Source: a virus
Lineage: Duplodnaviria; Caudoviricetes
Strand: one strand, 5' to 3'
Length of the DNA: 52,654 bases
Virus record (IMG/VR): IMGVR_UViG_3300026488_000030
Span: 1-52,654 of that record
Under the pieces are notes generated by a model. It saw only the letters and a list, made by a program, of their open reading frames with translations. It was not told where the DNA came from and did no database searches. Shown piece by piece: positions 19,927 to 29,632 of the stretch. Within the stretch, counting starts at the first letter, position 1. The number at the start of each line of letters is the position of its first letter. Both the position numbers and the translations under genes were made by a program.

Positions 19927-21495
19927 TTATCCTACATATGTGCTAAGGTTGTCTACAGTCAATACACCCATTCCGTCAGTTCTGCCAATCTCAATGGCAG
20001 TTCTTGACTTAACATACGTTCTCTTCTGACCGTCTGTTACCTCATTTATTACATACAATGGTTTATATACTAAGTCAATTACACAAGCTTTCTGCAAAGC
20101 GTTTGCAGGAGCTTTTGCAACAACATATATCTTGTCATCATCTATAGCTGGAGATTCAAGAACATTGAGTTTCATGAAGTTGCCAATCTCTCCAGCCCAT
20201 GCTACTGCACCTTCTTTGTCGTTAGGTATAGAAGCAGCAAACTTCTGGAAGTTTCTCAAAGCAGATGCAGTCTTTATACCTGTTACAATGTAGTTTGGAT
20301 ATGCATGGTAGTTTCTCTTAATAATACCCATCAATGTGCTTATCCTTGGGATGATATTCTTCATTACATCCATCGTAGATGCTGGCTGATAGTTTGTGCT
20401 GCTTCCTGCAAAGTTGTTTAGGTCGATGGACAAAGCAGCACCCTGTGCGGACATATCACCCTCAGCAGCTTTGAGGAATAGTGCAAGGTCAACATCCTTG
20501 TTGAGTAGTATCTGTCTCTTTATAGCTTCAGAAAGTGTCTGTACGAGGTCAATCTTGAAGATGCTCTTGTAATCCTGGATGTCCTCTTCGGACACATTTA
20601 TGATGAAGTCGTCGACTTCGTCGATGTTTACATCGATCATGTCAGTCTTGATGTTGACTTCTACCCTACCGTTCATAGTTCCAACTGGAACGAATCTCAA
20701 CTGAACGTCAGCACCAGATGCTATATATGTGTGTCCAGATGTACCACCGCTGAAGCTTACCTGGTAGATCATATCACCAGTGTCAAAGTTTACGTTACCA
20801 TTGAGATATGCCGTTACCGTAGCTCCAGCGCTATCCTGGAATGTGAATACCTTGTTGAACTGGCTTCTGTTGTCTGGTCTGATGTATACAGTTACATCGA
20901 TGTCATGGTTGTTGCTACCATCATTGTCTACGATGCTAACTTTGCTTATCATGACATATCTTCTGTTGATTCTAAACTTGTCGCTGGACAAGCTTGCTGC
21001 TGCAAACAAGTTGCTTCTGTCGTTTGGAGCAATTGTTACAGTTACAAGTCCTGGTCTGAGCTGTGTAACAGCATTAGGCATTCTGTAGTTTTCGCTTGTA
21101 GAACCGTCATAGCTTCTTATCTTAGCGTTGATGTTTACTCTAGGTATAGATGCTACGGATGAGTTAACAGGGTATACTGTTGCAAGCTGTGCAAGTATAG
21201 GCTCTGCATAGATGTCAACGAGTATTGGGAATGACATAACTGTCCAACCCTGTGGATATGCAGATGCTGGAACATTTACAGCTTCTGTCAAGAGCTCTTC
21301 TCTCTGTCTGTTGAGAACAGACTCTACGACTACTTTAGTAGCTGGATCAAGACCTTCTGTGAGAGCATCTTTGAAAGCTGCGAAAGATGCTTCGTCAGCT
21401 ATAGTCTGGAAAGCATCTTTTGGGGAAGAGAATTGGTCTACATTCTCTTTGAGGAAGAGTTCGTAGTTCTCGAACAATAAATCTGTCTGATACAT
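19927..21495 (-). CDS. major capsid protein (HK97 fold, gp23-like)
   Basis: 522 aa downstream of protease and portal; high-expression codon bias; EDIQDYK..IDLVQTLS, NYIVTG, LVYKPLY; probable LTE/A propeptide site. Confidence 0.8.
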   Translation of the reverse strand: MYQTDLLFENYELFLKENVDQFSSPKDAFQTIADEASFAAFKDALTEGLDPATKVVVESVLNRQREELLTEAVNVPASAYPQGWTVMSFPILVDIYAEPILAQLATVYPVNSSVASIPRVNINAKIRSYDGSTSENYRMPNAVTQLRPGLVTVTIAPNDRSNLFAAASLSSDKFRINRRYVMISKVSIVDNDGSNNHDIDVTVYIRPDNRSQFNKVFTFQDSAGATVTAYLNGNVNFDTGDMIYQVSFSGGTSGHTYIASGADVQLRFVPVGTMNGRVEVNIKTDMIDVNIDEVDDFIINVSEEDIQDYKSIFKIDLVQTLSEAIKRQILLNKDVDLALFLKAAEGDMSAQGAALSIDLNNFAGSSTNYQPASTMDVMKNIIPRISTLMGIIKRNYHAYPNYIVTGIKTASALRNFQKFAASIPNDKEGAVAWAGEIGNFMKLNVLESPAIDDDKIYVVAKAPANALQKACVIDLVYKPLYVINEVTDGQKRTYVKSRTAIEIGRTDGMGVLTVDNLSTYVG

Positions 21496-21530
21496 AATTG
21501 TGAAACCTCCTGTAGTTTATGTTTATTTTA

Positions 21531-21667
21531 AAGGTTTAGCGCCGAAATTGCGCTTGTGTGAGTGTGCTGATTCACCCTGCTGCTGATTGTGCTGTGATTT
21601 TGCAAAGGTGTTTTCAGCGAATGCATGGTTGAAGGTTTAGCGCCGAAATTGCGCTCGTGTGAGTGTG
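21531..21667. repeat. 36-bp direct repeat (21531-21566, 21632-21667) flanking a family B fragment (21565-21620)
   Basis: aaggtttagcgccgaaattgcgct(t/c)gtgtgagtgtg x2, one mismatch, 65-bp spacer. Confidence 0.9.
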
Positions 21668-21891
21668 TGGTGTTTAATGAACCATATGGTAACCCGAACG
21701 AAAGTGTTGAGTTGCTACGGATGTTCCATATTATGGAACAGTATTTTGGTGGTTATTTGATAATGTGAAACCAATGATGGTTGTTGAGTTGATAACAATC
21801 TGCCTGTGTTTTGATGATTGGCGAATGTTTAATAACCCCATATGACAACCCCATGTCTAATCGCATGTGATTGTTGAGTTGACGTGATGTT

Positions 21892-22116
21892 TCATATCTG
21901 GTGAATTTTTGATGTCTGTGGAACCATTGTCGATAATGCACCAGCTAAACCGCTAAGCACAGTTCCTGCAGCTATAGCAGCTCGACGCTGTTTAGCCTCC
22001 TGTGGTGTTGCTGGTTTACCCATTGTTAGATGTTGTGCTAGTCCCGTAGTTCCACCCCATATAGCGAATTGAGCTAAAGCATTAGCGAGATCGCTCTCTT
22101 GAATGATGGTAAGCAT
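21892..22116 (-). CDS. small hydrophobic protein, possibly a head internal protein
   Basis: SD aggagg; IQES motif; two Gly/Ala-rich segments. Confidence 0.55.
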   Translation of the reverse strand: MLTIIQESDLANALAQFAIWGGTTGLAQHLTMGKPATPQEAKQRRAAIAAGTVLSGLAGALSTMVPQTSKIHQI

Positions 22117-22141
22117 AAGCGCCTCCTTTTCCGGCGCTTAA

Positions 22142-22879
22142 CTAAAACAATATCTTAACAGGTTTCTTCGTCAAATTATATTTCACAATATCTTTAACTG
22201 CCTCTTCAATAAATGAAACAACACAGTTGTTTCCATCACATATCAATTCCTCTGTAGTCTCTGATTCTAACAAAGTCATATCTTGTACAAAAAATTCATT
22301 TGCTTCTTCTGGTAAGAATTCTACCATCTGTGCTGATTTGTCAGATGGATTTGTAACAATATCATATGTTACAGCTTTTATAGGTAATCTTACAATTATT
22401 GATCCATCAGGTTGTGGATCAACAGAACCAAATGCTCTTAGTGAGAAACCAATGTTGCCTTTGTCATAGACAATTAGATTGTAGAGATCTGGACCTTTGA
22501 AGGATGTTAATGTTTCGAATGTTCCAATGACGTTTTTACCATCGAATTTTATATCATTTAATAAAGCGCCGGATTCCTTCAAGGATACTACAACTGCGCG
22601 CTTTTTAATTTGATCAACAGTACCTGCTACAAATGGATGGTCAATTTCCATATACAACCTTCTCGACTGTGCCTTAGGTTGCAACTGTTGTACTACAGAT
22701 GAAAGCACCTCAGGTGAGTATACTCTGTTGTTTTGATTTTTTACATTAGCAGTTTGCAATGTTGCTTTAGCAGTTACTTTTGGAATACGTTTACCTTCTG
22801 TAATATCGGCAGATTCTGATAGTATCTGTAAGTTCGGTGGAGTGTAAGCTTCTTCGTAAATGAAGTAGTATCTGTTCAT
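22142..22879 (-). CDS. prohead core protease (T4 gp21-like)
   Basis: LQTANVKNQNNRVY, MEIDHP (His), GFSLRAFG (Ser), TYDIVTNPS (Asp). Confidence 0.9.
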   Translation of the reverse strand: MNRYYFIYEEAYTPPNLQILSESADITEGKRIPKVTAKATLQTANVKNQNNRVYSPEVLSSVVQQLQPKAQSRRLYMEIDHPFVAGTVDQIKKRAVVVSLKESGALLNDIKFDGKNVIGTFETLTSFKGPDLYNLIVYDKGNIGFSLRAFGSVDPQPDGSIIVRLPIKAVTYDIVTNPSDKSAQMVEFLPEEANEFFVQDMTLLESETTEELICDGNNCVVSFIEEAVKDIVKYNLTKKPVKILF

Positions 22880-23223
22880 TGTTCTAACTCCTGTTTTTTC
22901 TGTTGAAGTTCTAATGCTTGATGATGTAGATAGTCATTGACTAAATTAATTAATTGATCGTATGGTATTGCATAACCATACTGGAGTAATAGTCTTAAGA
23001 AAGGACTGTCTATACCAGAACGTTGTAGTTGCTGTTGTAGAATGTATAGTTTGTCGATGATGTATGTGTTTTTAATTATTTTAATAGCGCCGGAATCGTA
23101 TGGGTTGTTGTTATCAGTAGTGGTAGTGGCATCTGAAGGAGTAGGTTCAGTGTTATCTTCTGGAGCTGTTGTTGGTTCTTCTTCAGCTTCAAATAAAAGA
23201 CTATTATTGTATATTGTGAGCAT
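22876..23223 (-). CDS. small acidic protein, possible prohead core component
   Basis: SD aggag + ATG 23223; LLFEAEEE; overlaps protease start. Confidence 0.6.
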   Translation of the reverse strand: MLTIYNNSLLFEAEEEPTTAPEDNTEPTPSDATTTTDNNNPYDSGAIKIIKNTYIIDKLYILQQQLQRSGIDSPFLRLLLQYGYAIPYDQLINLVNDYLHHQALELQQKKQELEQ

Positions 23224-23256
23224 GATTGTGCTCCTGATTGTTTGAATTGAATATAG

Positions 23257-23585
23257 TTTAGCGCGCGAATTGCGATGGTTATTGCAAGTGGTTGGAGTTG
23301 TTACGCTAATGGCGTTTAAACTCGCGCATATCACAAACAGCTGAAGCTGTTACGCTACCACGCGATAAATCGCGTGTTATCATCCGCAACTGAAGTTGGA
23401 ATGCTATGCGCAGAATAATCTGCGCATATAGCGACGTAAACGCGCCTATATGCAACGATATGAGCGCCATCAATATAAAACATTGATTTCGACTGTATCG
23501 TCGCGTATACGCAAAATATGTCGCTATTAGAGCCAGGTTGCGGATATAGTTACTGTAGTAGATGTATGTTACAATTAGTTGTAGT
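23257..23585 (+). repeat. family A element, copy 5 (core 23428-23527)
   Basis: full module set; tandem with copy 6 (354-bp period). Confidence 0.95.
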
Positions 23586-23609
23586 TGATGTGATTGTCAA
23601 AGTTGTTAC

Positions 23610-23920
23610 ACCGCCAGTGCTTAAACACACGCATATCACTCGTGGCTAAAGTCAGAGTGCTATGCGCAGAATAATCTGCGCATATCGCAAACAGTTGAAA
23701 CTGTTACGCTACCACGCGATAAATCGCGTGTTATCATCCGCAACTGAAGTTGGAATGCTATGCGCAGAATAATCTGCGCATATAGCGACGTAAACGCGGT
23801 TATATGCGACGATATGAGCGCCATCAATATAAAACATTGAATTCGACTGTATCGTCGCGTATACGCAAAGTATGTCGCTATTAGAGCCAGGTTGCGGATA
23901 TAGTTACGGTCGATAGTATT
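23610..23920 (+). repeat. family A element, copy 6 (core 23782-23881)
   Basis: core plus duplicated tatgcgcaga-ataa-tctgcgcata hairpin. Confidence 0.95.
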
Positions 23921-23988
23921 AGTTAATGAAAATTGAACATTGCTGATAGAAATTATTGCAATGAATACTTCAAAGGAGGTGATGTAAA

Positions 23989-24129
23989 ATGTGTAAATAC
24001 ATTGAGTTCGCCATTGGAGTGGCAATTGGTGCTGCTGCAATGGTAGTTGGTCAAACGAATATACTGGCAGCCGCTGCGCTAGTAATGACAGCGACTGCTG
24101 CAGCAATGGTGCTACCGGTCGGGGAATGA
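23989..24129 (+). CDS. 46-aa hydrophobic membrane peptide (not in ORF track)
   Basis: aaaggaggtg SD, ATG 23989: MCKYIEFAIGVAIGAAAMVVGQTNILAAAALVMTATAAAMVLPVGE*; ends in terminator hairpin. Confidence 0.65.
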   Translation: MCKYIEFAIGVAIGAAAMVVGQTNILAAAALVMTATAAAMVLPVGE

Positions 24130-24146
24130 CCGGTAGTTGCTTTATT
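24111..24146. terminator. terminator hairpin between the peptide and portal genes
   Basis: gctaccggtc-ggggaat-gaccggtagt + tgctttatt. Confidence 0.65.
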
Positions 24147-24158
24147 TGTACTGGTTTG

Positions 24159-26069
24159 TTAGAATCCTGGGTTAGAACCTGATTGCATCTGTTGCTGGAA
24201 TTCAGCTTGTGCTTGTTGCTCCTTCAGTTTGTCCTGCATAAACTTCTCGGATGATTTCCTAAATGCTGACCAGTCTTCGTATGGAACATATTTCTCCAAG
24301 AAGTCCCATGGGTTGAATGGTATTTGGAGTGATGAGAATACACCAGCAATGTTACCAATTGAACCAAGTGTCATTTCGATTAACTGGAGTATGAGGACAA
24401 CTGGAGGTATTAGACTGAATCTGACGCTTGTCAATGGTTCACCATAAACAATTTTGCTAATTTCCGAAAGTAATTTATTTGTTGTGTTATTTATTATACC
24501 TTGGAGATCGCTGATTTCTGATGCAAAGACTGTGTTAGAGTGGACAAGGGCTTCACGAAGCTCTGGAGCGTCAGCACCAAGGTATACTGCTGGTATACCT
24601 GAAAGGGTCATTATTTCATTACGGGAGTCTTGGATATCTGCTACTTTAACTGATGGGTCACCCATGGATGAAACTTCAACGTCTACAGAACGTTGACCGT
24701 TTTTGGATAGAATGAACATGTCTTTGAAGTCGGATAGAATGTTAGCGATTGATTTGAAGGAGTTGAGACTGTCTATGGTTACACGTGTATTATAAAGTTC
24801 TCTTTTTAAGCGCTGAATTAGTTGTGAATGCATTTCAGTATAACCGACATCTATTATCCATTTTCTTACTAAAGCAGCGCGGGAAAGTTTAGATACAACA
24901 TTTGCAAGTTGTGATAGAAGTAGTAGTTTTGATGGTAGTATTAGTGGGTCAACAATTGATTGACCGTATGGATAATAGTCGGATGATGGTATTGTATATT
25001 CAAACATCTGTGTTGATGGAATGAAACGAATACGTTTATGTTTGTTAGATGCTTTACGATTGTATGTAAGAATGTCAATAATTAAGCGCTTTAAATATGA
25101 ATAAACTTCTGGGTCTAAGCTGGAGAGATATTTGTCGAATTCTTTTAGAGTGTCGATGGAAATAGTGGATGTTTGTGATGGGTTGATGTGTTTTGTGTAT
25201 ATTTGTTTTATAATAGCGCGCGTTAATTTTTCTGCTAACTCTTCCTCCTGATGTTTATTAACAGGAGTGGTTGAACTAGAACCAACAACACGGGTGAATA
25301 GTTGTTGGATACTGATGGATTTATTAGTATTTACTTGTTCAACTACTTCAACATAACCAAATAGGTTACCGTAACGGTCTTCTATTTTGATGATGTTTTT
25401 AGGATGATGTATGCGGAGAATAACCTTGTTGAATTTGATAAAAGCAGATTCTTCGGGAGTTTCTTCTTCTAGTAGTAGATTGGAAAGTGTATTAATTGAT
25501 TGTTCTTCATTTAATAGCGCCGAAATTTGAGTAGGTTTCTCCATTTGTTTATTGTATGCTCGATCAACATCAATTACTTCAACGTATACATCACCATATT
25601 TGAGCATCATCGGAACAATGTTGTAACGTAACTTACGCTCTAAGTTGAGCTCTCTGATAATGTTCTCCTCGAGCTGTTTTTGTTTCTCAAATACACTATC
25701 ATCAACGCTAGCGTCTTTCTTTTTGATGGTGTAAAACTTATTGTCAACTGGATTCTTTTGCAGAATGTTACTGTTGTATACACGAAGTATACGTTTGACT
25801 AATGGTATTGAACTAACAATTTCGTCATAAACTTGGTAGCGTTGGATTCTGTCCTGTGGAACGCTAACATTCTCGAGGAGGCGCTCAATATCGGCGCTTT
25901 CATATTTATTACTAACTAATTCATCAATCACATCACTTGTTATCTCACTATTATCAATAGCATCACTACCATTAGCAACAGCTAAGTCTGTTGCTAAATC
26001 ATACACTGTATTTAATGTATCATTAAATTTTTCTAATTCTTTATCGCGTAAAAACTGCAATTTTCCCAT
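24159..26069 (-). CDS. portal protein (T4 gp20-like)
   Basis: MLKYGDVY, YYPYGQSI, SRAALVRKWIIDVG, LSGIPAVYL; upstream of protease and MCP. Confidence 0.85.
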   Translation of the reverse strand: MGKLQFLRDKELEKFNDTLNTVYDLATDLAVANGSDAIDNSEITSDVIDELVSNKYESADIERLLENVSVPQDRIQRYQVYDEIVSSIPLVKRILRVYNSNILQKNPVDNKFYTIKKKDASVDDSVFEKQKQLEENIIRELNLERKLRYNIVPMMLKYGDVYVEVIDVDRAYNKQMEKPTQISALLNEEQSINTLSNLLLEEETPEESAFIKFNKVILRIHHPKNIIKIEDRYGNLFGYVEVVEQVNTNKSISIQQLFTRVVGSSSTTPVNKHQEEELAEKLTRAIIKQIYTKHINPSQTSTISIDTLKEFDKYLSSLDPEVYSYLKRLIIDILTYNRKASNKHKRIRFIPSTQMFEYTIPSSDYYPYGQSIVDPLILPSKLLLLSQLANVVSKLSRAALVRKWIIDVGYTEMHSQLIQRLKRELYNTRVTIDSLNSFKSIANILSDFKDMFILSKNGQRSVDVEVSSMGDPSVKVADIQDSRNEIMTLSGIPAVYLGADAPELREALVHSNTVFASEISDLQGIINNTTNKLLSEISKIVYGEPLTSVRFSLIPPVVLILQLIEMTLGSIGNIAGVFSSLQIPFNPWDFLEKYVPYEDWSAFRKSSEKFMQDKLKEQQAQAEFQQQMQSGSNPGF

Positions 26070-26198
26070 TGTTAACCACCTTTCTATTCTGAACTGTTCT
26101 CCACAACTTGCAACTGTGCGACGTGGTATTGACTATTTCATTGATGATTAACCATTCGTCAACAACATCTCGCACAACATACCAGTAAACGTGAACAG

Positions 26199-27314
26199 CT
26201 AAGCATTAGACGTTGCTGACAACCAATATTTCACAGCAGTCAAATCACCGAAATCCATAGCATCTGATGGAGTAGATATGGTAATGTAGTCGATAGTGTT
26301 GACAGCTGAACCAGCATAACCACCACCGAATACACCGCGGTTGTTAGTACCGTTGGATACAGCTCCTGAAGTTTCCCTTGCAACAGTCAAATCACCGAAA
26401 TCTGAAGCATTTGATGGAGTAGATATGGTGATGTAATCAATAGTGTTGACAATTGAACCAGTACTACCACCACCGAATACACCACGGTCGTTAGTACCGT
26501 TAGATGTCGCTGATGGAGCTTCCCTTGCAACAGTTAAGTCACCGAAATCTGTAGCATCTGATGGAGTAGATATGGTGATGTAATCGATAGTGTTAACTCG
26601 TGATGAACCATCCCAACCACCACCGAATACACCACGGTCGTTAGTACCGTTAGATGTTGCTGATAGCCAATTCCTCGCAACAGTTAAGTCACCGAAATCT
26701 GTAGCATCTGATGGAGTAGATATGGTGATGTAATCGATAGTGTTAACTCGTGATGAACCAATATCGCCACCACCGAATACACCACGGTCGTTAGTACCGT
26801 TAGATGTTGCTGAAAAACTACTTCTCGCAACAGTCAAATCACCGAAATCTGAAGCATTTGATGGAGTAGATATGGCGATGTAATCAATAGTGTTGACAAT
26901 TGAACCAGTACTACCACCACCAAATACACCACGGTCGTTAGTGCTGTTAGATGTTGCTGATGGAGCATCTCTCGCAACAGTCAAATCACCGAAATCTGTA
27001 GCATCTGATGGAGTAGATATGGTGATGTAGTCGATAGTGTTAACTCGTGATGAACCATCATAGCCACCACCGAATACACCAGTATCACCACAGGGGAGTG
27101 AACCTGTACAGTTACCGGAACTAGAACTATTAGTATTTAACATCAACCATCTGTTATTATGAAAGACATAAACATAATCGATTAGTCCTGATTCTGATAA
27201 ATGTGCCCAGACCATACCTTCGAATGGAGCGTCTGGGGTATATTTGCTTATTATGTCTGGATGAAAATTATTGTCATTTACAGGAAGAGGTCGAATGCTT
27301 CCTGGATTTGCCAT
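26199..27314 (-). CDS. 6-bladed Kelch-like beta-propeller, putative virion adhesin (paralogue 2)
   Basis: SD gaggtg + ATG 27314; six blades nearly identical to the paralogues. Confidence 0.75.
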   Translation of the reverse strand: MANPGSIRPLPVNDNNFHPDIISKYTPDAPFEGMVWAHLSESGLIDYVYVFHNNRWLMLNTNSSSSGNCTGSLPCGDTGVFGGGYDGSSRVNTIDYITISTPSDATDFGDLTVARDAPSATSNSTNDRGVFGGGSTGSIVNTIDYIAISTPSNASDFGDLTVARSSFSATSNGTNDRGVFGGGDIGSSRVNTIDYITISTPSDATDFGDLTVARNWLSATSNGTNDRGVFGGGWDGSSRVNTIDYITISTPSDATDFGDLTVAREAPSATSNGTNDRGVFGGGSTGSIVNTIDYITISTPSNASDFGDLTVARETSGAVSNGTNNRGVFGGGYAGSAVNTIDYITISTPSDAMDFGDLTAVKYWLSATSNA

Positions 27315-27368
27315 TTTATGCACCTCGTTTGGGAATTTAATTGAATGAAAAGCGCCGAAATTGGAATG

Positions 27369-27421
27369 TTTGATGGAGTAGATATGCTGATGTTAACCAG
27401 TAACCACCACGGTCGTTAGTG
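27369..27421 (-). pseudogene. collapsed propeller-blade remnant
   Basis: tgatggagtagatatg(c)tgatgt and accacggtcgttagt are blade scaffold sequences joined by a deletion, outside any gene. Confidence 0.7.
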
Positions 27422-27449
27422 TCAGCATCGCGAATGAGCGCTAAATGAA

Positions 27450-27613
27450 AAAGTGAACTACCGTACCTAACTGTTACACAGTCTGAACACGGCTTCCTGC
27501 CCAGGTTGGACAGGCAATCTTCCTCTGACAACAGGGAGAACTGCAATCCACGGTCGATGTTGATTTATCCTGCTGCTGATTGTGTTATGATTCAACAGAG
27601 GTATTCTCAGCGA
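27450..27613 (-). repeat. family B element, copy 2
   Basis: colinear with 11625-11782 over full length. Confidence 0.85.
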
Positions 27614-27622
27614 TTATTTGAT

Positions 27623-27650
27623 AAAAAGCGAAACCAGCAGGTGGTTTCGC
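27623..27650 (-). terminator. intrinsic terminator
   Basis: gcgaaacca-gcagg-tggtttcgc with A-run. Confidence 0.75.
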
Positions 27651-27677
27651 GCGCTTATATATTATGAAACGAATTCA

Positions 27678-28301
27678 TTACACCTTTGGATTATAATTCA
27701 AATACTCTTCAACAATCTCCGTCATCTTCTGTCCTCTGCTTCTAAGCTTAGCTAGAACCTCAGCTGGGTCTTCTAAATCTGTTCTGTCTTTATACAATCC
27801 TTCGTCTATTTCTGCTAATATACTGTCAACCATTGTTTTATATTCTGTTAATTTAGTTGGTAGATTGCTGTTATTATCCATTATCCATTTGGATAATCTA
27901 AGTAGTAGACGTTCATTTAGTGTTACACGTTTCCATAAGTCTGCGACTATGTCGTAGATGTCTTCGACTTCTGCGTGGAGTTTGTGTCTAGTTTCCAATT
28001 TTTTTAGCGCTTTTAAAGCTTTAGCTTTTAATTGTTTTTCATTAGATGTTAAAGCGCGCATTTCGCTTTCCGGATCAGAAGGATCCGTCGGTACCTGGTC
28101 TACACCTAGGAACTTGAAACCTTCTGCTGTTTCATCATCAACAGGCATAGGTTCCCAGTATTTGATGGTGTGGAATAGGTTGCTGTCTATTTCACCTAAA
28201 TAGTAATCACCATAATTACCAAGTATGGTAGCGTTTGGCGGCATAGGTCCACCGATTGTTGGAAGGTATCTGTTTAAGAAAATAAATTTTGTAGTTGCCA
28301 T
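27678..28301 (-). CDS. hypothetical protein between propeller genes (possible fibre chaperone)
   Basis: SD ggagg; 207-aa helical ORF. Confidence 0.6.
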   Translation of the reverse strand: MATTKFIFLNRYLPTIGGPMPPNATILGNYGDYYLGEIDSNLFHTIKYWEPMPVDDETAEGFKFLGVDQVPTDPSDPESEMRALTSNEKQLKAKALKALKKLETRHKLHAEVEDIYDIVADLWKRVTLNERLLLRLSKWIMDNNSNLPTKLTEYKTMVDSILAEIDEGLYKDRTDLEDPAEVLAKLRSRGQKMTEIVEEYLNYNPKV

Positions 28302-28340
28302 AGGTTAAATTCCTCCGTTTTGTTTTGTTTTATGTTGATC

Positions 28341-28470
28341 TGCCGTACTCAACTGCCACGCAGTCTGAATACGGCTTCCTACTCGGATTGGATAGGCATT
28401 CTCTCCTCTGGTAACAGGAAGAACGTGATCTACGGTCGATACTGATTCGTTCTGCTGTTAATCACGTTTC
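28341..28470 (-). repeat. family B element, copy 3 (diverged, compensatory changes)
   Basis: gccgta..tacggc, actgc-cac-gcagt, ccta..tagg. Confidence 0.8.
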
Positions 28471-28521
28471 GAAGTGTGTATTTTTTGCGATAATTGCTAC
28501 AGTCAACGGTGACTCCAACAA

Positions 28522-29604
28522 CTAAGCGTTAGATGTTGCTGATAAAGTATCTCTCGCAACAGTCAAATCACCGAAATCAGTAGCATCTGATGGAGTAGAT
28601 ATGGTGATGTAGTCGATAGTGTTGAATCGTGATGAACCATTACTACCACCACCAAATACACCACGGTCGTTAGTACCGTTAGATGTTGCTGCCAAATTAT
28701 CTCTCACAACAGTCAAATCACCGAAATCAGTAGCATTTGACGGAGTAGATATGGTGATGTAGTCGATAGTGTTGAAGGTTGATGAACCATCCCAACCACC
28801 ACCGAATACAGCACGGTCGTTAGTGCCGTTAGATGTTGCTGATAAACATTCTCTCACAACAGTCAAATCACCAAAGTCTGTAGCATTTGATGGAGTAGAT
28901 ATGGTGATGTAGTCGATGATGTTGAATCGTGATGTACCAGCATAACCACCACCAAATACACCACGGTCGTTAGTACCGTTAGATGTTGCTGCTAAAGCAT
29001 ATCTTGCAACAGTTAAATCACCGAAGTCTGTAGCATCTGATGGAGTAGATATGGTGATGTAGTCGATAGTACTGAAGTAACCACCTGAACCATTAGCACC
29101 ACCACCAAATACACCACGGTCGTTAGTACCGTTAGATGTTGCCGATAACCAAGCTCTCGCAGCGGTCAAATCACCAAAATCAGTAGCATCTGATGGAGTA
29201 GATATGGTGATGTAGTCGATAGTACTGAAACGTGCACCATTCCAACCACCACCGAATACACCACGATCGTTAGTACCGTTAGATGTTGCTGATAACCAAT
29301 CTCTCGCAGCGGTCAAATCACCAAAATCAGTAGCATCTGATGGAGTAGATATGGTGATGTAGTCGATAGTGTTGAGGTATGAACCGTCATAACCACCACC
29401 AAATACACCAGTATCACCAAGTCCGAAGTTTCCAGATGATAACGCTACCCACCTGTTGTCAGGTTCGTTGTAAACAAATAACGTATCATTGTTTGTGTTG
29501 TACCAAAGCTGGTTGTGAAATGGTGATGATGGTGCTGTGTCGGAAACATAGACGAAGTTTTTACTTTTAGATGGATCAGGAGTTATGTTTGAATATGTTG
29601 CCAT
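28522..29604 (-). CDS. 6-bladed Kelch-like beta-propeller, putative virion adhesin (paralogue 3)
   Basis: six blades; N-terminus nearly identical to paralogue 1. Confidence 0.75.
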   Translation of the reverse strand: MATYSNITPDPSKSKNFVYVSDTAPSSPFHNQLWYNTNNDTLFVYNEPDNRWVALSSGNFGLGDTGVFGGGYDGSYLNTIDYITISTPSDATDFGDLTAARDWLSATSNGTNDRGVFGGGWNGARFSTIDYITISTPSDATDFGDLTAARAWLSATSNGTNDRGVFGGGANGSGGYFSTIDYITISTPSDATDFGDLTVARYALAATSNGTNDRGVFGGGYAGTSRFNIIDYITISTPSNATDFGDLTVVRECLSATSNGTNDRAVFGGGWDGSSTFNTIDYITISTPSNATDFGDLTVVRDNLAATSNGTNDRGVFGGGSNGSSRFNTIDYITISTPSDATDFGDLTVARDTLSATSNA

Positions 29605-29632
29605 TGTATTGTTACCTCCAGAAAGTTGATGC

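Noticed and set aside
21531-21667. CRISPR mini-array
   Set aside because: Only two repeats, a 65-bp spacer that is itself a genomic repeat, and no cas genes.
21753-21941. 62-aa ORF with a twice-repeated QLNNH
   Set aside because: No SD, overlaps the 74-aa gene, and the repeat is only ~13 bp.
16789-29604. Diversity-generating retroelement acting on the propeller or 29-aa repeats
   Set aside because: No reverse transcriptase or non-coding template repeat in the window. Variable codons include TGG/GAA and indels, so they are not adenine-restricted AAY derivatives. An RT elsewhere in the genome cannot be excluded.
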